From positions 320,001 through 384,000 of the forward strand of contig CAXXOU010000004.1 in NCBI GenBank assembly GCA_963677495.2: 64,000 nt of DNA, read 5' to 3'. Numbering within the stretch: the first letter of the stretch is position 1; each line of letters starts with the position of its first letter. This document shows positions 11,596 to 21,656 of the stretch, piece by piece. Source of the DNA: Candidatus Cloacimonadales bacterium. GTDB taxonomy: Bacteria > Cloacimonadota > Cloacimonadia > Cloacimonadales > JAFGVF01. The translations under genes and the position numbers were made by a program. The notes under the pieces were generated by a model. That model was not told the origin of the DNA and did not search any database. It was given only the letters and a program-made list of their open reading frames with translations.

Positions 11596-13869
11596 ATGAA
11601 AAGAACGATTATCTTAGTTTTATGTCTATTCGGTTTAGCTTTTTGCTTTGCTGAAGGAGTAGCACCTAATGGAGCAGGGACTTCTATCAATCCATATTTG
11701 ATTAACTCGGTGGATAATCTATTGTGGATTAGTACAAATCCCGGCACTTGGATTCAAGATGTATATTTCAGACAAATAGCGGATATTGATGCATCAGAAA
11801 CTCAAAACTGGAATGGGGGAGAGGGATTTGATCCGATTGGGTGGAGGATCTATTTCGATTATAGTGATCCGTTTCAAGCAACTTACAACGGGAATGGTCA
11901 TAGCATTTCAGGATTGTATATAAACAGACCTAATGAAAATAGTATTGGTTTGTTTGGATATACATATTTTGCTGAGATCGAGAATTTAAACGTTATTTAC
12001 TCTAATGTAATCGGATATGATTATGTAGGCACAATAGTGGGATTTTCATTAGAATCAGAGATAACCAACTGTAATAGTGGGGGGACTGTATTCGGACATA
12101 ATAGTGTTGGAGGAGTTGCAGGTTATGTAAAAGAGACATATTCTTCCGGTTGTGAGAATACAAGTGCAATAACAGGTTGGGATTATGTAGGAGGAGTGTT
12201 TGGACGTGTAATAGATTGTACAGTGCTATCAGCACAAAACCTTGGCTTAATCAATGGAAACGATTATGTTGGTGGTTGCCTGGGATATGTGGAAGACCAA
12301 AGCTCAGTTGCGCATAGTTCTTCCGAAAGTGATGTTAGTGGTAATATGTTTGTGGGAGGATTTGCCGGATTAAATAGTGAACAATCAGTTATGAACAGAT
12401 GCTTCACAATTAACTCAGTAATCTCAGGAGAGGAATATGTTGGAGGATTCGTAGGTAACAACTACTTAGGAAGTGATATTACTAGCTCATACGCTGAAAA
12501 CGAAGTAAGTTCTCAGAATATTGGAGGTGGTTTCTTCGGGAGGATTGAGGGGGCTACCGAGATAGTGAATTGTGGTTTCCCGGAAGATTCGGTCGTGAAT
12601 AGTCCAAATATTATTAGAATCGGCTCTCTTGATAATGACTTATACCTACTATGGCAAAATTCAGACTTGCATTTGGAAGCGGAGGATTTCTATAGTGCAG
12701 AGGGTGATTACTTCCTCATTAGTAACGAAACAGATTTTTTGAAGTTGAAGCTATTCGGACAATATCCTGATGGAATGTATAAACTAACAAACAATCTTGA
12801 TTTCTCAGCTTATCCGAATGAGTATGTTCCATTGTTTAAGGGTGTATTTGATGGTATGGAGAATTTTATTACAAATCTGAATATAACTTCAAGCTATCAT
12901 GGAGTCGGGTTATTTGGGTGTGTTTATGATAGTGAAATTAAATCTTTATCCATCACAAACAGTACAGTAATGGCAACTGAGCGAGTCGGACTATTATCAG
13001 GTATTGCTTGGAATTCATCAATCAGCTTTTGTGAAGTTGAAGGGAGTGTTACGGGGAACAGAGATGTTGGTGGTATAATAGGACTATTAGCCCAGTATTC
13101 AGGTTTAAGTAGTTCTTCTGCACATTGCACAGTGACTGGAGAAGACCGGGTTGGTGGATTCTGTGGTGAGGTAAGTGTTAATACTTCAATCCATGATTGT
13201 TATAACATGGGAACAGTCTCTGGTCAGAGCACAGTTGGTGGATTTGTAGGAGTTATGGGTACAATGTGTGACATAAGCAAGGTTTATTCTTCAGTTCAAG
13301 TTTCAGGGGAGGAGATAACCGGTGGCTTAATCGGGCTAATCTCCAACTCACAGTTCTACGATTCAGTTTGGAATAGTGATTACTCTGGGTTAACTGATCC
13401 TTATGGTAATATCAATTGGACAAGCCAAGTAGAAGCAGTTGATGCTGACAGTATTGCAATGAGAGATATTAATACTTACCTTGCACTGGATTGGGACTTT
13501 GCTGGAGAAACTACCAATGGAACAGATGATTTTTGGCATATCGCTCATAATGTGAACGAAGGCTATCCCACTCTTCAAGATGCGCCAACAAGCCTTTGGG
13601 GAGAGGAAGTGGTTAGCACTATTCAATCATTGGGAATTTATCCTAATCCATTTAAAGGCACTACTAACATTTACTTCACAATAGATAAGGGTGAAAGTGG
13701 GAAGTTATCAATCTATAACATAAAAGGACAAAAAATAAGTTCTTATGAGTATAGTCATGGTAAACACAATTATATATGGGATGGTTCAGACTATAGATCC
13801 GGTGTGTATTTCTATAGACTTACAACAGATAAGTCATGCATAACTAAATCGATGATATTGCTTAAATAG
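11596..13869 (+). CDS. Secreted GLUG-repeat protein with FlgD/T9SS-type CTD
   Basis: Start moved to MKRTII (GGGAGGA RBS, signal peptide); G.GT..NPY.I motif, repeated VGG..G motifs, IYPNPF...KSMILLK. Confidence 0.85.
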   Translation: MKRTIILVLCLFGLAFCFAEGVAPNGAGTSINPYLINSVDNLLWISTNPGTWIQDVYFRQIADIDASETQNWNGGEGFDPIGWRIYFDYSDPFQATYNGNGHSISGLYINRPNENSIGLFGYTYFAEIENLNVIYSNVIGYDYVGTIVGFSLESEITNCNSGGTVFGHNSVGGVAGYVKETYSSGCENTSAITGWDYVGGVFGRVIDCTVLSAQNLGLINGNDYVGGCLGYVEDQSSVAHSSSESDVSGNMFVGGFAGLNSEQSVMNRCFTINSVISGEEYVGGFVGNNYLGSDITSSYAENEVSSQNIGGGFFGRIEGATEIVNCGFPEDSVVNSPNIIRIGSLDNDLYLLWQNSDLHLEAEDFYSAEGDYFLISNETDFLKLKLFGQYPDGMYKLTNNLDFSAYPNEYVPLFKGVFDGMENFITNLNITSSYHGVGLFGCVYDSEIKSLSITNSTVMATERVGLLSGIAWNSSISFCEVEGSVTGNRDVGGIIGLLAQYSGLSSSSAHCTVTGEDRVGGFCGEVSVNTSIHDCYNMGTVSGQSTVGGFVGVMGTMCDISKVYSSVQVSGEEITGGLIGLISNSQFYDSVWNSDYSGLTDPYGNINWTSQVEAVDADSIAMRDINTYLALDWDFAGETTNGTDDFWHIAHNVNEGYPTLQDAPTSLWGEEVVSTIQSLGIYPNPFKGTTNIYFTIDKGESGKLSIYNIKGQKISSYEYSHGKHNYIWDGSDYRSGVYFYRLTTDKSCITKSMILLK

Positions 13870-13871
13870 AA

Positions 13872-13895
13872 AAGGGCTACATCTCGGTAGCCCTT
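13872..13895. terminator. Terminator between the convergent GLUG gene and purH
   Basis: AAGGGCTAC-ATCTCG-GTAGCCCTT. Confidence 0.75.
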
Positions 13896-13911
13896 CATGT
13901 TTATAATAAAT

Positions 13912-15456
13912 TTAATGTCTAAAATGTCTCATTCCGGTCATAATCATTGTTATGCCGTATTCGTTACAAGCTTCAATGCACTCTTGATCACCTTTTGAAC
14001 CACCCGGTTGGATGATTGCTGTGATACCTAGTTCATGCATAGCATCAATACTATCTCTGAATGGGAAGAATCCATCAGAAGCACAGATAGAACCTTTTAT
14101 CTCTAAGCCGAACTTCTTAGCCTTACTAATAGCTATCTCAGTTGAGTCAATACGAGATGTTTGACCAATACCAAGTCCAATTGTTCTATCGGCTTTGGTG
14201 AAGCAAACAGCATTAGATTTGAGTGTTGCTACAGTGCTCCAACCAAACTTAAGAGCTTCCATCTCTTCTGCTGTCGGTTGTCTGTCAGTTGCAACTTTCC
14301 AGTTATTAACATCATCTTTGGCATAATCAAGATCCTGACTTAAATATCCGTCAAGACAAGAGACAGTGTATTTACTGTTAAGAAGGCGTTTAAGTCTCTC
14401 AGGGGAATAGGTGAGAAGTCTTCTATTCTTCTTCTTCTTAAGCTTTGTTTCCGCTTCTTCACTGTAAGATGGAGCTATAATAATCTCTGTGAAAACCTTA
14501 TTAATAGCTTCTGCTCCGGCAAGAGTCATCTCTTTGTTAGTAATCACGATTCCACCAAATGGGGAAAGAGTATCTGTGGCGAGAGCTTTTGCATGAGCTT
14601 CTTCGATAGTCTCACCGGTAGCAATACCGCATGGGTTAGTATGCTTTAGGATAGCTAAACATAACTTATCATCAAACTTCCCAATAAGCTTAAGAGCTGC
14701 ATCTATATCGATGAAGTTATTGTAAGATAATGCTTTGCCATGGAATACTTCCACTATTTGCTCTGCATTTCTTGAGTAGTAACCTGCTGATTGATGTGGG
14801 TTTTCACCATATCTAAGTTCTTTGTTAAGTGGTGTAGATACTTGTAGATAACCTCTAATATCTCCTTCTAGTCGTCCACTGAAGTAGTTACTAATCAAAC
14901 TATCATAATCAGCAGTATGTCTGAATGTTTTGAATGCAAGATATTCTCTTGTATCAAGCGTTGTACTACCAGTCTCTTTGATCTCATCAATCACTTTCTC
15001 ATAATCAACCGGATCAGTAATAACTGCAACATCGTTATGATTCTTTGCAGCTGAGCGAAGCATAGTTGGCCCACCAATATCGATGTTCTCGATAATCAGT
15101 TCATGACTTGCATCAGGATTTGTAACAGTTTGTTCGAATGGGTAGAGATTCACAACAACCATATCAATCATAGAGATCTTAAGCTCTTCAGCTTCCTTCA
15201 TATGACTGTCAATTGATCTGTTTGCTAAGATTCCGCCATGCACAAATGGATTAAGTGTTTTGACTCTTCCATCCATTATTTCAGGGAATCCGGTAACATC
15301 TGTTACTTTGATTACATCAACACCTGATTCTTTTAAAAGTCTGTGTGTTCCCCCTGTTGAGATTATTTCGAAGCCAAGTTCTGTTAATGACTTTGCAAAC
15401 TCAACAATTCCACTTTTGTCTGATACACTAATCAGAGCTCTTTTCTTTGTGTTCAT
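13912..15456 (-). CDS. purH: Bifunctional AICAR transformylase/IMP cyclohydrolase
   Basis: RALISVSDK, STGGT, GRVKTL, ENIDIGGP, LRYGENPHQ, KHTNPCG, ASDGFFPF, RHFRH. Confidence 0.97.
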   Translation of the reverse strand: MNTKKRALISVSDKSGIVEFAKSLTELGFEIISTGGTHRLLKESGVDVIKVTDVTGFPEIMDGRVKTLNPFVHGGILANRSIDSHMKEAEELKISMIDMVVVNLYPFEQTVTNPDASHELIIENIDIGGPTMLRSAAKNHNDVAVITDPVDYEKVIDEIKETGSTTLDTREYLAFKTFRHTADYDSLISNYFSGRLEGDIRGYLQVSTPLNKELRYGENPHQSAGYYSRNAEQIVEVFHGKALSYNNFIDIDAALKLIGKFDDKLCLAILKHTNPCGIATGETIEEAHAKALATDTLSPFGGIVITNKEMTLAGAEAINKVFTEIIIAPSYSEEAETKLKKKKNRRLLTYSPERLKRLLNSKYTVSCLDGYLSQDLDYAKDDVNNWKVATDRQPTAEEMEALKFGWSTVATLKSNAVCFTKADRTIGLGIGQTSRIDSTEIAISKAKKFGLEIKGSICASDGFFPFRDSIDAMHELGITAIIQPGGSKGDQECIEACNEYGITMIMTGMRHFRH

Positions 15457-16462
15457 CCTCTTTCAATATTTCCTTTATTATCTCTTTTATTTCAGTTTTA
15501 TCAATGTTTTTACTAAGCTTAGTATAAGATTGCTTATCAATAGGTATTTTCAGCTCAATAGAGGCTGTTTCTGTCTCATTTGGACAGTTAACTGATGGTA
15601 AGTGTTCCATAATTGAAACAAGAACAATACCACTTAAAATAATGAACCAATTGATATAGACCCATAAAAGGAAAATCGGAATAGATGCCAATACTCCGTA
15701 AGATATCTGTATGTTTGTAAGGTTACTGATATACCAGTCAAACCCAAGCTTCACTAAGAACCATACAAATGCTGTAACTATTGCTGATTTAGCGATAGAT
15801 TTAATCCTCATGTTACCTGTTGGAACAAAGAAATAAAGGAAAGCAACAAGAAGAAACTCGATCATAATTGGGTAGAGGTAAGTTGTAATTTGCTGGATAA
15901 GTGAGTTCTTTGTGAAGTTGTTCCATACCGGTGCTGAGATAGCAGTAAAGAGAATTAATATCACAAGGAATCCAAAGAAGATTGTACCGAAGAACTTCAA
16001 GAAGTTAAAGATAAAGTCAGAGCTCTTCTCCTCTTTAATTCTAAGTATTCTATCAAATACTGTATTAATTCCATTAAACAGTGAATAGGAAGTAATAATA
16101 AACAACATGAAATTGAAGAAGCTAAAGGAAGTAGTCTTTGATAGCAACTGTGTTATAAAGTCAGCCAATGTCTCAGCTGATTGAGGGAGGAAAAAGTTCT
16201 TCAAGAAAGAGTCTAAGACTTCATGGAAGTCAAAGAACGGTAGATCAGGTAGCATCATCACAATAAATATAATGAATGGAACAAATCCTAAGAATGTAAT
16301 AAAGCTTAATGATGAAGCTTCAGAGAATATCTTATCCTCGTTGATTCTTTGCCAGAACAGTTTGAAGAAGTTAATCCCCGAGGTGAACGTCTGCTTTCTA
16401 TAAGCTGTACTACTTACGAAGTTTTTAATCTGTATAAAGAAATTCTTTTCGCTCTTACTCAT
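15428..16462 (-). CDS. YihY/virulence factor BrkB family membrane protein
   Basis: ASSLSFITFLGFVP, multiple TM helices, YGVLASIPIFLLWVYINW. Confidence 0.88.
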   Translation of the reverse strand: MSKSEKNFFIQIKNFVSSTAYRKQTFTSGINFFKLFWQRINEDKIFSEASSLSFITFLGFVPFIIFIVMMLPDLPFFDFHEVLDSFLKNFFLPQSAETLADFITQLLSKTTSFSFFNFMLFIITSYSLFNGINTVFDRILRIKEEKSSDFIFNFLKFFGTIFFGFLVILILFTAISAPVWNNFTKNSLIQQITTYLYPIMIEFLLVAFLYFFVPTGNMRIKSIAKSAIVTAFVWFLVKLGFDWYISNLTNIQISYGVLASIPIFLLWVYINWFIILSGIVLVSIMEHLPSVNCPNETETASIELKIPIDKQSYTKLSKNIDKTEIKEIIKEILKEDEHKEKSSD

Positions 16463-17690
16463 ATCTTAATGCTTTCACCGGGTCAAGATTGCTTGCCCGT
16501 ACTGCCGGAAAGATTCCGAATATAAATCCAATCCCAACTGATACCAGTATTGCAGCAAGCACCATGGACTCTGTTGCGACAGCTTTCATTTGTAAGAAAC
16601 CTGCAACTAAATCAAGAACTGATAATCCACCAATGACTCCTAAGATACCTCCAACAGATGTTATGATTATTGTCTGAATCAAAAACTGTAGGAAGATATC
16701 AAATCTTCTTGCACCTACTGATAAGCGAACGCCAATCTCTCTGGTTCTTTCTTGAATTGTGGCAAGCATAATGTTCATGATCACGATACCACCAACAAGT
16801 AGTGATATGGCAGCAACAAGAAAGAATATCATTGTCATTAGCTGAAAGTTCTCATCAGACTGGTTAGATTCCTCAAAGTTGGATGTAACCCTCATAAGTT
16901 CCTTACCTCTGTTGAAGTTAAGGATCATATTGTTCAACTTCTCTTTAAGTGCTACAGATTCTTCCGGGGAGTTAGCTGTAACATTAAGATTCCAGATTCT
17001 ATCATCTGCTTTCTCTTTTATCAACATTGTAGAGATTGGGATAAAACTGTTCCAATTCTTCCAATCCATAGCATTATCGCTTTGACCCTCACCGGCCCAT
17101 CTGTTCTTCATGTAGCGATGTTTCATTATGCCAACTACAAGATACTTCTTACCATTTAGCGTTATGAGTTTATCTATAGCAGGTTCATTCCCAAAAAGAG
17201 CTTTCTTAACATTGGTTCCTAATACAACTACATCTGTCTTTCTACGTATATCTGTATCAGTAATAAAACGTCCTTCTTGAACAGTCCACTGTTCAGCTAT
17301 TTCATAATCAGGATAAACACCCACAACATTCTTTTGCTCTTTCTTGGTACCGTTACTCATTCTAACCCACATGTCACTCGTAGGGTTAAACGCTTTAGCT
17401 TCAGGGCACTGTTCTCTTAGAAAATTTACTTTTGCAAGCGTCAGACTTTTATCAACCCATTTGTCATTTCGATCATATTCCCAGTTCGGGTAGATATTTA
17501 TTTTGCTTAGTCCTCCGGATTGCATCATCCATTCCATAGACATCTCTTTAACTCCATTTACTAGAGCTAAAACTACTATGATAGACATGATGCCTAAGAT
17601 AATCCCGATGATGGTTATAAGGCTTCTAATCTTTCGAGACCAGAAGTCAGCAAAGCCTACTACAATTGATTGACTAAGAGAAAGCGCCAT
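16455..17690 (-). CDS. MacB/FtsX-like ABC transporter permease
   Basis: RSLITIIGI, periplasmic domain (EGRFI), ISLLVGGIVIMNIML..ERTREIG, PAVRASNLDPV.ALRYE. Confidence 0.92.
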   Translation of the reverse strand: MALSLSQSIVVGFADFWSRKIRSLITIIGIILGIMSIIVVLALVNGVKEMSMEWMMQSGGLSKINIYPNWEYDRNDKWVDKSLTLAKVNFLREQCPEAKAFNPTSDMWVRMSNGTKKEQKNVVGVYPDYEIAEQWTVQEGRFITDTDIRRKTDVVVLGTNVKKALFGNEPAIDKLITLNGKKYLVVGIMKHRYMKNRWAGEGQSDNAMDWKNWNSFIPISTMLIKEKADDRIWNLNVTANSPEESVALKEKLNNMILNFNRGKELMRVTSNFEESNQSDENFQLMTMIFFLVAAISLLVGGIVIMNIMLATIQERTREIGVRLSVGARRFDIFLQFLIQTIIITSVGGILGVIGGLSVLDLVAGFLQMKAVATESMVLAAILVSVGIGFIFGIFPAVRASNLDPVKALRYE

Positions 17691-18354
17691 CTTCTATAAA
17701 TCCGTCTTTTATTGTAATTACTCGATCTGCTTGTTGTGCTACATGATTATCGTGCGTTACCATTACGATGGTATTACCCTGCTTATGTAGCGTATGGAAA
17801 ATGTTTAGGATATCTCCACCTGACTGGCTATCCAAATTACCTGTAGGCTCATCAGCAAGTATCAGAGCAGGATTGTTAACAATCGCTCTTGCAATAGCAA
17901 CACGTTGCCTTTGTCCACCGGAAAGCTCTGATGGCTTATGTTTTACACGATCTTCAAGTCCAACACTTCTTAATACTTCTAATGCTCTTTTCTTACGTTT
18001 TCCTCTACTCAAACCTGAATACATAAGAGGTAACTCAACATTCTTAAGGACAGAAAGGTGGGGGAGAAGGTTAAATGTCTGAAAGATGAATCCAATCTTA
18101 TCGTTCCTAATCGCTGCAAGCTGTCTTTTCTTAACTTGAGAAATCGGAGTTTCGTCTAAAAAGTAATCTCCCTCAGTAGGTGTGTCAAGACACCCTAAGA
18201 TATGCATAAGAGTGCTTTTGCCTGAGCCTGATGGTCCCATGATCGCAACGAACTCTCCTTTACGAACGGAGAAGTCTAAACCTTTCAGGGCATTAACAGT
18301 TACTTTGCCCATTTTGTAGTCTTTTTTTAGGGAACTTGTTCTAATTATATCCAT
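17674..18354 (-). CDS. ABC transporter ATP-binding protein (LolD/MacB type)
   Basis: Walker A GPSGSGKST, LSGGQRQR signature, ADEPTGNLD, VTHD. Confidence 0.95.
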   Translation of the reverse strand: MDIIRTSSLKKDYKMGKVTVNALKGLDFSVRKGEFVAIMGPSGSGKSTLMHILGCLDTPTEGDYFLDETPISQVKKRQLAAIRNDKIGFIFQTFNLLPHLSVLKNVELPLMYSGLSRGKRKKRALEVLRSVGLEDRVKHKPSELSGGQRQRVAIARAIVNNPALILADEPTGNLDSQSGGDILNIFHTLHKQGNTIVMVTHDNHVAQQADRVITIKDGFIEDGAFS

Positions 18355-18555
18355 TAAATATCTCTCTATTGTATGTATTGTAAGTAATCTTCATTTATAT
18401 TATTTGTCAATCTAATTTAGGTTCTGTAAATATCCGTTCCTACTAATGCAATATGTTTTTTATTAAAAGTTACTTTACTGGAGTACTGGTGCTTTAATCC
18501 TTAGAAAGAATTATGTAGAAATCGACTCGTTCGATTATCTGAAAATACACTTCCA

Positions 18556-18638
18556 ACCACGGCTCTACCACGGGTAAACCACGCCCAAACCACGCAAGCC
18601 GTGGTCAACCCGTGGTTTACCCGTTGTCAATCCGTGGT
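18556..18638. repeat. Symmetric 4+4 ACCACG/CGTGGT array with exact 11-bp period
   Basis: ACCACG at 18556, 18567, 18578 and 18589; CGTGGT at 18600, 18611 and 18633; CGTTGT at 18622. Confidence 0.9.
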
Positions 18639-18679
18639 CAAGTTTGCCACATCTGTTAAGCTTCGTTAGGTCAAGTGAC

Positions 18680-18707
18680 AAAAAAAGGAGAGACCTGAAT
18701 CTCTCCC
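18680..18707 (-). terminator. Intrinsic terminator for the lipoprotein/GLUG genes
   Basis: A-run followed by GGAGAG...CTCTCC. Confidence 0.6.
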
Positions 18708-18724
18708 TAAAAGCATTAATATTC

Positions 18725-19423
18725 TTATTGCAAATCTACTAGAACTTGATCCCATAACATATCATCTTCTTGCTGATAGTAGTATATCAGACCATATCCC
18801 GGAGCATAGTAATAAAAGCTCTCATACTCATTGGGATCGCCAGAACCAGGGAAAAAAGCTCTATATTCAACGCAGGCAAAGCTACCTAACGGTGTGTTTA
18901 TAGTTTTGTTGAGCGAAGTGCATTCGGCCATTAGATCGCCACCCATTGAGTTATTATTTACATCAATCATAACCCAGCTATCACCAACATTGATTGGGAA
19001 CTTAGCTATAAGAAATGTGAGATTGCCATCTACAATATCATCTTCATTACCAAGATTATACTTAGGAAGGTGATCTCTTTCAGCTATTTTTCTACCAAAT
19101 ATGTCGAAGTCGCCAATTCTTTTACTTGGAAAGCAATGGACTAATCCATAGTCTAAAAGTTTTGCAATAGCTACATTATCTCCCTCATTTCCAGTCCAGT
19201 CAATAACATACCAACCTGTTCGATCATCAGGTCCTACAAATTCAGTTGGGATGTAACTTAGAGTATCATTCTCGACAGGATTATTTGCATTGATAAAGCT
19301 ATATCCCCATCTATGCCCTTCTTCAACAGGGACAATATCCTTTCCATTAGCTGAATATATCCACTCAGATTGACCACAACCAAATAACGCTAAGATAACT
19401 ATTATAATCGCTATGTATTTCAC
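18725..19423 (-). CDS. Putative lipoprotein (beta-rich; paralog of 19432-20163)
   Basis: Lipobox LFGC; TPLGSFACVEY and YYYAPGYGLI motifs. Confidence 0.8.
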   Translation of the reverse strand: MKYIAIIIVILALFGCGQSEWIYSANGKDIVPVEEGHRWGYSFINANNPVENDTLSYIPTEFVGPDDRTGWYVIDWTGNEGDNVAIAKLLDYGLVHCFPSKRIGDFDIFGRKIAERDHLPKYNLGNEDDIVDGNLTFLIAKFPINVGDSWVMIDVNNNSMGGDLMAECTSLNKTINTPLGSFACVEYRAFFPGSGDPNEYESFYYYAPGYGLIYYYQQEDDMLWDQVLVDLQ

Positions 19424-19431
19424 TTTCCCTC

Positions 19432-20163
19432 CTAATTTAAATGAAATTCTATCAACTCATATTCTGTACAGAAGCTTCTTGAATCATTATCAACATAGAG
19501 AATCTTAACAAGTCCGACACCTTCTGCATAATAATAGTATCGTGAAAACCCATTATCAACATCATTATCAAAGTCCCCTATGTATTCGTATGTCTCTTTA
19601 TATACTATACATACGAAATCACCAGCCGGTGTACTTACTGACTGGTTAAGGTTAACACATTTCATCATGTCATTGAAAGTGCCCGGTTGACCTTGATTAT
19701 CTTCCAAGGTGTCTGTCATAAGAATCCATTCTTCTTGATATTCGACGGGGAATTTTGTTACTAGATAAGAGATAAAGTTATCATCTTCGGGATTGCTCTT
19801 ACCTTTTTCAGTAAGAATACGTTTAGTTTTCATCCCAAGTAAACTATGTGGTTTTTCCTCATTCCTATCCCAGCAATAGACTAACCCTTCAGCTGTTTGT
19901 TTTGCCAGCATAGTGTTAACACCATCATTTTTGCTCCAAGTAACCTCTGCCCAGCCTGACTTACCATCAGAACCGGTTCTTGAAGTTGGTACATATCTGA
20001 GAGTGTCTGTTTTGCCTTCATAAACAGTATTTACGACCCAATAACTACCCTCAGATATTCTGAAATGAGGTGTGAAACTTTTATCTGCAGGATTTGTTAC
20101 GCTCTCTTCACAACCGACGAGCACTGCTAACACAAGCAGTAAGAAAAATAAATATCTAGACAT
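19432..20163 (-). CDS. Putative lipoprotein (beta-rich; paralog of 18725-19423)
   Basis: Start moved to MSRYLFF (GGGAGG RBS); lipobox LVGC; TPAGDFVCIVY and YYYAEGVGLV motifs. Confidence 0.8.
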   Translation of the reverse strand: MSRYLFFLLLVLAVLVGCEESVTNPADKSFTPHFRISEGSYWVVNTVYEGKTDTLRYVPTSRTGSDGKSGWAEVTWSKNDGVNTMLAKQTAEGLVYCWDRNEEKPHSLLGMKTKRILTEKGKSNPEDDNFISYLVTKFPVEYQEEWILMTDTLEDNQGQPGTFNDMMKCVNLNQSVSTPAGDFVCIVYKETYEYIGDFDNDVDNGFSRYYYYAEGVGLVKILYVDNDSRSFCTEYELIEFHLN

Positions 20164-20264
20164 CTGTCCTCCCGATTTTCTACACAGGACAATTAATAGC
20201 TCCCGTTTTTTGTTTGGCAAGCATAAAATCTTATTAAATGCTAATTTCGGGAGGTTTGTTTAAA

Positions 20265-21527
20265 TTATCGAAGCATTACAACTTTCTTAATCTGATGAGT
20301 TCCAGATGAACTCTTAATAAAATAAATTCCGGCACCACAAGTATTTCCTGCATCGCTTGTACCATCCCATTCGAAAGACTTGGTCTTTATCTGAAAGGTT
20401 TTAACAAGTTGTCCCTTGATATTATAAATACTAATAGTCGAAGGTTTATTAGTCTTAATAGAGATCGTTGAACAGCTATTGAATGGATTAGGGTAAGAAC
20501 TGATTGTATCAGCTAGAGGTTGTAGCAAATCCTCATTGTCCAATACTGGAACATAGGGGATATGATATGGGAATCCATTGTTATCAATCATATCAATTTC
20601 CCATACATCGACAAAGTCCCATGTTAAAGTCAGATATGTGTCTTCGATTTGCATTTCGCTTACAGAACAGGATATAACATTGGTTGCAGTCCCAATAGAT
20701 GTTGCAGGGAATGCACCTTCAATAGCGTTTTCGATACACCAAACACAATTAGTAATACTGCCTTCATTTAATGCTGTTAGGGCATACGCATCAATTGAGT
20801 TATCAGTTATGAAAGCATATGAGTTAATGATAGTTGCTTGTGGATTACAGATTCCAACAATTCCTGCACATAGACCTGTTGAATTGTTCAGATCACCATT
20901 ATAGTAACAATCAGAAACAATTGAGTCTGCACAATGCCCGATTAGACCACCACATGCATAGAAGTTTCCTGCAACACTGACTTTACTGGAACATCTGGAT
21001 ATAGTAGAGTTCATTGATGCAGATGCTACTAGTCCACCGCAATAGTAGTCTGCAGTGATTTGACCTGTAACATGACATTTCTCTATCTGAGAGTTCTGCA
21101 AGAAAGCTACTAAACCTCCGCTATTTCCTGATGCATCAGAACTAAAGTCAATGTTGTCCATTGTAAGATTTTTAATGCTACCCTCATTCACTACTCCGAA
21201 TAAACCTACTACGTTTCCATACTGAATCGTTAAGTTAGAGATGCAATACCCATTTCCATCATATATACCATTGAAAGGAGCAGCCCAACTCCCTATTGGG
21301 ACAAATCCAATTGTCGGTGCTTCAGATGCGTCAATATCTGATGTCTGGATAAAATGCGATTCATTACTCCAAATGTTAATATTAGAGCTCAGCCAGTCGA
21401 TATTGTCCCAATTTTCTATTCTATAGGGATTGTCTTCAGTTCCATCTCCTAAAGGAATAGTTCTATCTGCAATTAATTGGACCATAACAGCCAATAGAAC
21501 CATCAAAGGCACCAGTCGTTTGTTCAT
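20265..21527 (-). CDS. Secreted GLUG-repeat protein with FlgD/T9SS-type CTD
   Basis: Signal peptide; GDGTEDNPYRI, FNGIYDGNGY, CGGL repeats, SYPNPFN...KKVVMLR. Confidence 0.85.
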   Translation of the reverse strand: MNKRLVPLMVLLAVMVQLIADRTIPLGDGTEDNPYRIENWDNIDWLSSNINIWSNESHFIQTSDIDASEAPTIGFVPIGSWAAPFNGIYDGNGYCISNLTIQYGNVVGLFGVVNEGSIKNLTMDNIDFSSDASGNSGGLVAFLQNSQIEKCHVTGQITADYYCGGLVASASMNSTISRCSSKVSVAGNFYACGGLIGHCADSIVSDCYYNGDLNNSTGLCAGIVGICNPQATIINSYAFITDNSIDAYALTALNEGSITNCVWCIENAIEGAFPATSIGTATNVISCSVSEMQIEDTYLTLTWDFVDVWEIDMIDNNGFPYHIPYVPVLDNEDLLQPLADTISSYPNPFNSCSTISIKTNKPSTISIYNIKGQLVKTFQIKTKSFEWDGTSDAGNTCGAGIYFIKSSSGTHQIKKVVMLR

Positions 21528-21656
21528 TGTAACTCTCCTAATAATATTATAGCAAATTGATTAAGCTGTATATTGTATATGTCAAGAGTATAATTTTAAC
21601 AATAACTATATTTCTAATTTTACCTTTTGTATTGTGATAGGAATACTGACAATGAA

